Source: Candidatus Ozemobacteraceae bacterium
GTDB taxonomy: Bacteria; Muiribacteriota; Ozemobacteria; Ozemobacterales; Ozemobacteraceae
DNA: 64,000 nucleotides
Direction: 5' to 3'
Assembly: GCA_965140445.1 (NCBI GenBank)
Contig: OZ223236.1
Span: forward strand, 1,056,001-1,120,000
In this document: one piece after another, positions 29,853 to 36,507 of the stretch
Layout: each line of letters begins with the position of its first letter
How positions within the stretch are numbered: position 1 is the stretch's first letter
Made by a program: the position numbers and the translations under genes
The notes under the pieces: generated by a model
Told to the model about the DNA's origin: nothing
The model's input: only the letters and a program-made list of their open reading frames with translations
Database searches by the model: none

Positions 29853-29900
29853 TTACGCAGGGATGCGTAGAAAAAAATCGTTGATTCATGGAGGAATCAA
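29853..29900 (+). promoter_or_regulatory. Twin GGA-loop hairpin leader, flagellin 10
   Basis: TTACGC-AGGGAT-GCGTAG and TTGATTC-ATGGAG-GAATCAA. Confidence 0.75.
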
Positions 29901-29902
29901 AA

Positions 29903-32161
29903 ATGTCTCTAAGGATAAATCAGAATGTTCTATCTCTGAGAACCTACGGGACATTGTCGGCAACATCTAACAAACTGGAAAAATCAATAGGAAAGCTCAG
30001 CACCGGCTTGCGCATTAATAGCGCTTCAGACGATGCGGCTGGCCTGGCGATCAGTGAAAAAATGCGTCGACAAATCCGTGGGCTGTCCCGGGCAACACTG
30101 AATGCCCAGGATGGGATTTCTATGTTACAGACTGCAGAGGGAGCACTGAATGAATCTGCAAGTATTCTGCAGCGAATGCGGGAACTTGCAAGTCAGTCAG
30201 CAAATGACACCCTGACAAGTAACGACAGACTAGAAATTCAGAAAGAAGTGGTTCAGCTTCGGGATGAACTGGATAGAATTTCCAGTAGTACGGAGTTTAA
30301 TACCAAAAGACTTCTGGATGGTAGTCAAACAGCGTTGGTAAGTGCCAGCTCAGATGCAGTCAAAGGGGTTGTGGCAGGCGGAGTAGAGGGAACAGGTGAC
30401 TATCAGGTCAGCATGGCCCTCTTGACTGGCGGTATAAGCCAGATGAGCCGTAGCCAAATCTTTACTCTGAATGATGGTTCTGGCAAGCTTGCAGATGGGA
30501 GCACTCAGCTGCAAAGTATTGCTCAGTTCTATGATTCAAATGGAGTATTTGCACTAAACAATCCGCAAACTCTTACTATTACAGGCAATAGCCGTGAGAC
30601 CTCAGTTACTCTGGATGGTCAGATGACTTTGGATAATCTTGCAGGTGATATACAGAACGCTCTGGTAAGCGATTCTGGCCTGGGAATTGAGAGTTCCAGG
30701 ACTGCTGCTGTAAATACCGTGCAGACAAAGGTTGCTGGAGTTGGTGGTTATCTTGAGTTAACCTCTGGCTTCATCGGCGATCAAGGAAGATTTTCTTTTG
30801 CTTCAGATCAAACGATCGTGGACGCATTAGGGTTTTCTGTACAGCGAGAGGCGGTAAATAGCAGAATCGATATTTCTGCAAAAGATGCCTTTGGCAACAC
30901 AAATGCCGCTAGAATCGAAGGCGGAACAGCTACAAATCTTCTCGATGGAATTGATGTTCAATTTTCTTCTCAATCTGGTCAGATTGCTGGAAGTAAGGGA
31001 ATGGAGCAGGGGCTCAGGTTTACGTCAAACCAAACCTTTATCATCTCGGCAGGTGAAGCTTCTGTTAGAATTACTCTTACTTACAGCGCTACTCATGGCT
31101 TTACGATGGAAGGAATTGCTCGTTCAATTAATGCTCAGATTGATGCTGGTCCTGCAAAGTTAAAAGGTACTAGTGCTAGCGTTGTTGACGGTGAAATTAG
31201 GATTGCTTATAGTAAACCTTCAACCGCAGCTGCTTCAATCGCCAGCACTATCAGCATTGTGAGTGCTGCGACTTCCGCAGCGTCTATTGGCTTCGTAGAT
31301 GGAACCTATAGTGGTTTTGTTGATGGAAAGAAAGATGTCAATGACGTTAAATGGGGGTTCAGTAGATATGCTGCTAGTGGCTCATACGGGTTCGCTGCTG
31401 GAGCGGTCAGCTTTACGCTGACCGATGGAACTAAAAATGCTTCGATTACCATTATGACTACCATTGATACCGGTAGTCAGACAGTGGCAGATATGGTTGT
31501 CTTTACGACCATTCAAGCAAGTGTAAATAGCTTAATGGAGACCAACTCTGTTTCAATTCGTTTGGATCAGGTCGGGAATTCACTGGCATTTACATCTTTG
31601 CGAGTTGGAACGTTGAATCGAAGCAATACAAGTAATCTTTCCAGCGTTGTAACCATAAATAATCTCGCAGCAAGTACAGACACTCTATTGCTTGGTAAGC
31701 TGGGATTATCATCAGGCACATCCAAAGGTAGTGGCGACACTAACTTTAATATGCATGTGATTGATAATCAGGCGCAGTTCCAGGTTGGCGCAGACCAGGG
31801 GCAGACCATGGGAATTAATATTTCCAACATGTCAGCCGCAGCCCTGGGAGTAGACAACTTGGATCTAACCAATGTTAAGGGTGCCAATGAAGCAATGGGG
31901 AAACTGAATAAGGCAATTGATTCTGTTTCGTCCGAAAGGGCGAAGCTTGGAGCTTACCAGAATCGTCTGGAATACTCTATCAATAACCTTAGAAACACAA
32001 ACAGCAACCTCATGTCAGCCGAATCAAGAATCAGAGATACAGATATAGCACTTGAAATGATCGAATTCACTAAATTGCAAATTGGTTCGCAAGCGGGAAC
32101 AGCGATGCTGGCTCAGGCCAACATGATTCCTCAGGGAGTCCTGGAGTTACTGGGAAGCTAG
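29903..32161 (+). CDS. fliC: Flagellin 10 (752 aa; start moved)
   Basis: MSLRINQN start after the SD; flagellin motifs. Confidence 0.97.
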   Translation: MSLRINQNVLSLRTYGTLSATSNKLEKSIGKLSTGLRINSASDDAAGLAISEKMRRQIRGLSRATLNAQDGISMLQTAEGALNESASILQRMRELASQSANDTLTSNDRLEIQKEVVQLRDELDRISSSTEFNTKRLLDGSQTALVSASSDAVKGVVAGGVEGTGDYQVSMALLTGGISQMSRSQIFTLNDGSGKLADGSTQLQSIAQFYDSNGVFALNNPQTLTITGNSRETSVTLDGQMTLDNLAGDIQNALVSDSGLGIESSRTAAVNTVQTKVAGVGGYLELTSGFIGDQGRFSFASDQTIVDALGFSVQREAVNSRIDISAKDAFGNTNAARIEGGTATNLLDGIDVQFSSQSGQIAGSKGMEQGLRFTSNQTFIISAGEASVRITLTYSATHGFTMEGIARSINAQIDAGPAKLKGTSASVVDGEIRIAYSKPSTAAASIASTISIVSAATSAASIGFVDGTYSGFVDGKKDVNDVKWGFSRYAASGSYGFAAGAVSFTLTDGTKNASITIMTTIDTGSQTVADMVVFTTIQASVNSLMETNSVSIRLDQVGNSLAFTSLRVGTLNRSNTSNLSSVVTINNLAASTDTLLLGKLGLSSGTSKGSGDTNFNMHVIDNQAQFQVGADQGQTMGINISNMSAAALGVDNLDLTNVKGANEAMGKLNKAIDSVSSERAKLGAYQNRLEYSINNLRNTNSNLMSAESRIRDTDIALEMIEFTKLQIGSQAGTAMLAQANMIPQGVLELLGS

Positions 32162-32182
32162 TTTTTTCTGCTGAAAAAATTT

Positions 32183-32212
32183 GGGCCGCCTCTTTTTGAG
32201 GCGGCCCTTTTT
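32183..32212 (+). terminator. Rho-independent terminator ending the flagellin 2-10 run
   Basis: GGGCCGCCTC-TTTTT-GAGGCGGCCC-TTTTT, between convergent genes. Confidence 0.85.
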
Positions 32213-32234
32213 CATTTTCAGAAACAGATAGAAT

Positions 32235-33005
32235 TCAAACTTTAAAAATGTAGTTTTGACGACTTGGACAATTCATGATTTCACCAGATAGAGAGAGTGT
32301 TTTGTGTTTAAAGGTTTTTATCAATTTTAATCCGCTGGATTCAGCCAGCTTTATAAAGTTGGCTGGAGATGAGAAATAGTGCTTCTTGGGGAAAACAATA
32401 AGTGGTTCGTCGCTGAAAAATGCTCGCATCACCTGTTTTGTCCTTTTCACAAATTCTTCAGATCCCTGATTTTTCAATACCCATAACAGCCAACGGATAA
32501 TGGAATTTCCATAGTTGCGGCTTTTAAATTCATTTTTTCGTGGAATCTCCCCAATAAAAATTATGGAATTTTTTCGGGATACTCTATTTATTTCAGCCAG
32601 AGCATGAAGGATTTCATTTTCGTTAAAAAAAAGCATAACTCCATTGCAAACTATTTTATTAAAAGACTGGGTGGGAAAATCCAATTTTTGAGCGATTCCC
32701 GATTGAATTTGAATATTTTGTACATCTGCAAATACATTTCTAACTCTTTTTACCTCTTCAATGGTAGGTAAGATTCCTATTCCAGATTGAATTACAGAGG
32801 CCGCCTGCAATAATAAAGTTCCGTCACCGCAGCCAATATCAAGTAATGCGTCAGAACAATTTAAATCAATTTCATTGAGTATGTTTTTGCTTATAAAGCT
32901 GGTTAAATCTTTTCGATTTGTTCTGCCAGAAAGTTCATTTAAATCTTTTGATTTGGCTCTAAGTCTATATTCTTCAATTCTTGAGTCTATTTTTATAATG
33001 GGCAT
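32235..33005 (-). CDS. Class I SAM-dependent methyltransferase
   Basis: Motif I LLDIGCGDG; 'LDFPTQSFNKIVCNGV'; 'ALAEINRV'. Confidence 0.85.
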   Translation of the reverse strand: MPIIKIDSRIEEYRLRAKSKDLNELSGRTNRKDLTSFISKNILNEIDLNCSDALLDIGCGDGTLLLQAASVIQSGIGILPTIEEVKRVRNVFADVQNIQIQSGIAQKLDFPTQSFNKIVCNGVMLFFNENEILHALAEINRVSRKNSIIFIGEIPRKNEFKSRNYGNSIIRWLLWVLKNQGSEEFVKRTKQVMRAFFSDEPLIVFPKKHYFSSPANFIKLAESSGLKLIKTFKHKTLSLSGEIMNCPSRQNYIFKV

Positions 33006-33153
33006 TTGTATTGACTTTATTTTAGTTAATAATTTGAAACCATACTATGTTTTGGCAATCAGAGAAGCAAGAGAAATGGTAAATTTCCACCAATTTTCCT
33101 GTTGGTTAATATTGTGAAAGACGTCACAACGATAAAAAAAAGAAAAAAATGAA

Positions 33154-33189
33154 AATAAAGCGAATAAAAATTCAACAATGTGCCGTTAA
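33154..33189 (+). promoter_or_regulatory. Putative sigma28-like promoter for flagellin 11
   Basis: GCCGTTAA at 33182-33189 with the upstream box AATAAAGCGAA. Confidence 0.45.
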
Positions 33190-33294
33190 TAGATGGTGCA
33201 GAATACTTTCGTTATTTTGCTTATTAATCTGGGGGTGAAGTGCCGAGCAGATTTAACCTACAACTAAATCGTTGAAGGATGCTTGTCAGCAATT

Positions 33295-33335
33295 TTGCGC
33301 AAGGAAGCGCAATAACACAGATTCATGGAGGAATC
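33295..33335 (+). promoter_or_regulatory. Twin GGA-loop hairpin leader, flagellin 11
   Basis: TTGCGC-AAGGAA-GCGCAA and GATTC-ATGGAG-GAATC. Confidence 0.75.
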
Positions 33336-33338
33336 ATT

Positions 33339-35606
33339 ATGTCGCTACGTATCAATCATAATGTTCCGGCACTTCGCGCCCATAGCGATTTAGTCGGAGT
33401 ATCAGGAAAAGTTGAAAAGTCAGTAGAACGCATCAGTTCTGGCTTAAGAATTAACAGAGCTGCGGATGACGCAGCTGGTCTCACAATAAGCGAAAAGCTT
33501 AGACGGCAGGTTCGTGGTCTGGGAAGGGCTACGATGAACGCGCAGGACGGGGTTTCAATGATCCAGTCTGCAGAGGGTTCACTTAACGAGACACACAGTA
33601 TCCTTCATCGAATGCGAGAACTCGCTATTCAGTCTTCTAACGACACTTTTACGAGCATGGATCGGTTAGAGATTCAAAAAGAAGTCAACCAACTCAGGGA
33701 TGACCTCAATCGAATCGCTTTTAATACCGAATTCAACACGAAAAAGCTGCTTGATGGAAGTCAGTCTGCGGTTATTAGCACAAGTTCCCATGCAGCACGC
33801 GGTTTGGTGACTGGTAATTCGTCTACCGGTGGAGACTATTCCGTAAGTATTGGCCTGCTCAGGGGAGGAGTTTCACAACTTCAAAGAAGTCAGATTTACA
33901 CTTTGAAGGATGCGACATCAACTCTTGCAACTGGCAGCACTTTGCTGGTTAGTATCGCTCAGTTCTATGATGCTAATGGGGTGTTTGTTCTTGATGAACC
34001 ACAGGTCCTGACAATAAATGGAAACACTAAAACCACTGAAACGGTTTTGGATGCTCAAATGACGCTTGATAATCTGGCGTCTACCATTCAAGCAGCGGTT
34101 CTAGGCTCAGAAGAAGGGCTCGAAATGAATAATTCTTTCGCAAGAGTTATTCAAACTTCGCAGACCATGACTTCTGGGTTGGGTGGATATGTTGAAATCG
34201 TATCAGGTATCGTTGGTGAGGAAGGCCGCATTAACTTTGCGGGCGACCAATCCCTGATTGATAGTCTTGGTTTCGCAACCACTCGGGCTGCCAAAAATAA
34301 CTTTGTCGAAGTTAATTTGACTACCGAGGATGGCACTGTCCGTACAATTCAAACTGAAACAGACAGGGCTGTGGGACTATTGCATGGAATTGATATTCAG
34401 TTTGACTCTCAAACAGCTCAAATTGCAGGAACGCAAGGACTTGAGCAGGGGTTGTATTTCTCCGGCAGCGACAGTTTTACTGTTAGTGCCGGTGGGGAGA
34501 GTATGACAATTGTGATTGGCTCAGGGTACAGAACCATGGAAGGTATAGCCAGGAGCATTAACGCTCAGGCAGCATTACCAACCGTAAATCCTGGCACTTT
34601 AACAGGTTTGACCGCAGCTGTAGTCGATGGAGAAATTAGACTCGAATATAGTAGACCTGCAAGTGTGGCAGCATCTTTGTCAGCAGGGATAAATATATAT
34701 AATGCCTCAAATTGTACAACGCTGGGATTTAATAACGGAAACTATAGTGGTTTCGTAGACGGCAGAAAGAACGAAAGTGCAATGGTTTGGGGATTTACTA
34801 AATACAGACCAGATGTGGCTTCAGGAGAAATTACTGCTATAGAAATCGGTGATGGAGTGGCAACTATGGTTCTGAATATCTGCACTGCAATTGGAACAGC
34901 TCCAGGATCAGTTTCATTGGCTGATATGGTTAATTTTGAGAAGTTTCAGGCTACTGTAAACGATAGACTTATGCAGGCTACTGTTGCTGTGCGATTGGAT
35001 CAAATTGATGGCGCTTTTGCTTTCACTTCTACGAGAGTCGGCGGAGAGCACGTTAGCGATACTGTTGTTCACTCGAGTATTGTTTCAATTAGACCAATAA
35101 CTGTTACTGGAGCACTGGTTTCAGCGACTGAAAGTTTGTTGAGATATTTTGGAATGGACTCTGGAACAAGGGCCGGATTCGGGGATACAAACTTCAGGAT
35201 CCATGTTAAAGGAAACGAAACTCAGTATCACATTGGCGCAAACCAGGCAGAAGTTATGAAAGTATCTATGTCAGATATGTCAGCACGGGCACTGGGAGTT
35301 GATAACCTTGATATGACAAGCTTTGAAGGAGCTCAAACTGCAATTGGCAAGCTCAATAAAGCTATAGATAAAGTTTCCGCAGAAAGGTCTAAGTTAGGCG
35401 CTTATCAAAATAGACTTGAACACGCAATAAACAATCTTCGCCAGATGAGATTTAACGCTATGGCTTCAGAATCACGCATTCGGGATACAGACATTGCTCA
35501 GGAAATGATTGAATTCACCAGTAAGCAGGTAATGCAACAGTCAGCCAACGCAATGGTTGCTCAAGCCAACACTCAATCACAAGGAATTCTTCAATTATTG
35601 CAATAA
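33339..35606 (+). CDS. fliC: Flagellin 11 (755 aa; start moved), most divergent termini
   Basis: MSLRINHN start after the SD; flagellin motifs with several substitutions. Confidence 0.95.
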   Translation: MSLRINHNVPALRAHSDLVGVSGKVEKSVERISSGLRINRAADDAAGLTISEKLRRQVRGLGRATMNAQDGVSMIQSAEGSLNETHSILHRMRELAIQSSNDTFTSMDRLEIQKEVNQLRDDLNRIAFNTEFNTKKLLDGSQSAVISTSSHAARGLVTGNSSTGGDYSVSIGLLRGGVSQLQRSQIYTLKDATSTLATGSTLLVSIAQFYDANGVFVLDEPQVLTINGNTKTTETVLDAQMTLDNLASTIQAAVLGSEEGLEMNNSFARVIQTSQTMTSGLGGYVEIVSGIVGEEGRINFAGDQSLIDSLGFATTRAAKNNFVEVNLTTEDGTVRTIQTETDRAVGLLHGIDIQFDSQTAQIAGTQGLEQGLYFSGSDSFTVSAGGESMTIVIGSGYRTMEGIARSINAQAALPTVNPGTLTGLTAAVVDGEIRLEYSRPASVAASLSAGINIYNASNCTTLGFNNGNYSGFVDGRKNESAMVWGFTKYRPDVASGEITAIEIGDGVATMVLNICTAIGTAPGSVSLADMVNFEKFQATVNDRLMQATVAVRLDQIDGAFAFTSTRVGGEHVSDTVVHSSIVSIRPITVTGALVSATESLLRYFGMDSGTRAGFGDTNFRIHVKGNETQYHIGANQAEVMKVSMSDMSARALGVDNLDMTSFEGAQTAIGKLNKAIDKVSAERSKLGAYQNRLEHAINNLRQMRFNAMASESRIRDTDIAQEMIEFTSKQVMQQSANAMVAQANTQSQGILQLLQ

Positions 35607-35696
35607 TGAAAGGAAAAAAGAGATATTGAGTCTATTTATTTAAAAAATTAGATTTAAATCAAAAATATGGCAGGAAAATCGGCAAATTAGTTTTGA

Positions 35697-35821
35697 AATC
35701 GCGCAAACATAAACAGCCAATTATGACGATAGTTATAATAAGGATAGGGAAAACTGTATTTAAATGGAAAATTCCCTGCTCTGCAAGGACGCGGAGTTAC
35801 CTTTGATTCAAGGAGGAATCA
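35697..35821 (+). promoter_or_regulatory. Putative sigma28-like promoter plus twin GGA-loop leader for the small ORF-flaG-fliD operon
   Basis: GACGATAG at 35725; CTCTGC-AAGGAC-GCGGAG (35779-35796); TGATTC-AAGGAG-GAATCA (35804-35821). Confidence 0.6.
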
Positions 35822-35822
35822 T

Positions 35823-36059
35823 ATGATTAGTTTATTTGGACGGTTTCAATATCCCGCTCAGGGAAGTGGAAAGAGTGAATTGCGCAGAAATGGTAATTCC
35901 TCTGTTTCTGGTGCCGACTTTTTTCAAACCCGGGACCAACAGGAAGCCGAATTAATACCTGTTTTGATAGAAGATGGGACTGCTTGTCTCTTTTCAGATA
36001 CATTTGGCTCTATGGGTGATGCGTTAAATATTTCGCATCTGTCCATGGCGTCTATATAA
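35823..36059 (+). CDS. Small hypothetical protein (78 aa) with a flagellin-type leader
   Basis: Strong SD AAGGAGG and ATG; fills the gap to flaG; no recognised family. Confidence 0.55.
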   Translation: MISLFGRFQYPAQGSGKSELRRNGNSSVSGADFFQTRDQQEAELIPVLIEDGTACLFSDTFGSMGDALNISHLSMASI

Positions 36060-36072
36060 AAGGGGCGTAAAA

Positions 36073-36450
36073 ATGGAAATTAGTAACATTAGACCTGTAA
36101 ATGATGCTAGTAACGTAACTCAGCCTGCTTCTTCTCCTGTAAAGCCTGCGCTTACTGAAGAACAGAAGGCTCAACTTGCGAAAGAAAGTGTTGAGAAAAC
36201 ACCAAAGGAAAAATTCTCTCAGAAAAAAGAGGAGAATGTAGACGAAGCTGTCGATAAATTAAATAAGGCTGCGCAGGTTTTTGACCGTTCTATTCGTTTT
36301 CAGGTTCATAAGAAAACAAATAGAACCATGGTTTCTGTTGTGGATACTACAACTGATAAGGTTATCAGACAGATTCCAAATGAAGAAGTTTTAAACCTTG
36401 TAGCCAAAATGGATGATTACATGGGTTTGATTTTCGATAAAAAAGCATAA
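36073..36450 (+). CDS. flaG: Flagellar protein FlaG
   Basis: 'AVDKLN...SIRFQVHKKTNR.MVSVVD..TDKVIRQIPNEEVL.L...MGLIFDKKA'; located between flagellin and fliD. Confidence 0.95.
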   Translation: MEISNIRPVNDASNVTQPASSPVKPALTEEQKAQLAKESVEKTPKEKFSQKKEENVDEAVDKLNKAAQVFDRSIRFQVHKKTNRTMVSVVDTTTDKVIRQIPNEEVLNLVAKMDDYMGLIFDKKA

Positions 36451-36507
36451 AAAAACAAATAAGGTAAAAAGAGCAGTAGTGGTTGTTCTTTTTAAGGAGG
36501 CCTTATC

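Noticed and set aside
14898..33338. N-terminal extensions in the ORF track (MIHGGIN, MEES(K/N), MRWACQ..., MLVSNF...)
   Set aside because: They arise from upstream codons in or before the leader hairpins. The true starts follow the GGAGG SD and align with M-S/A-L-x-I-N.
7204..35606. Assembly artefact producing repeated flagellins
   Set aside because: Copies differ extensively at synonymous sites, in variable domains and in all spacers; no long identical blocks were seen.
7137..35612. Invertible DNA segments or a shufflon formed by the inverted repeats flanking flagellins
   Set aside because: Arms differ per gene, contain G-U pairs, bulges and an inserted hairpin; all genes share one orientation; no recombinase is visible. 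RNA pairing fits better.
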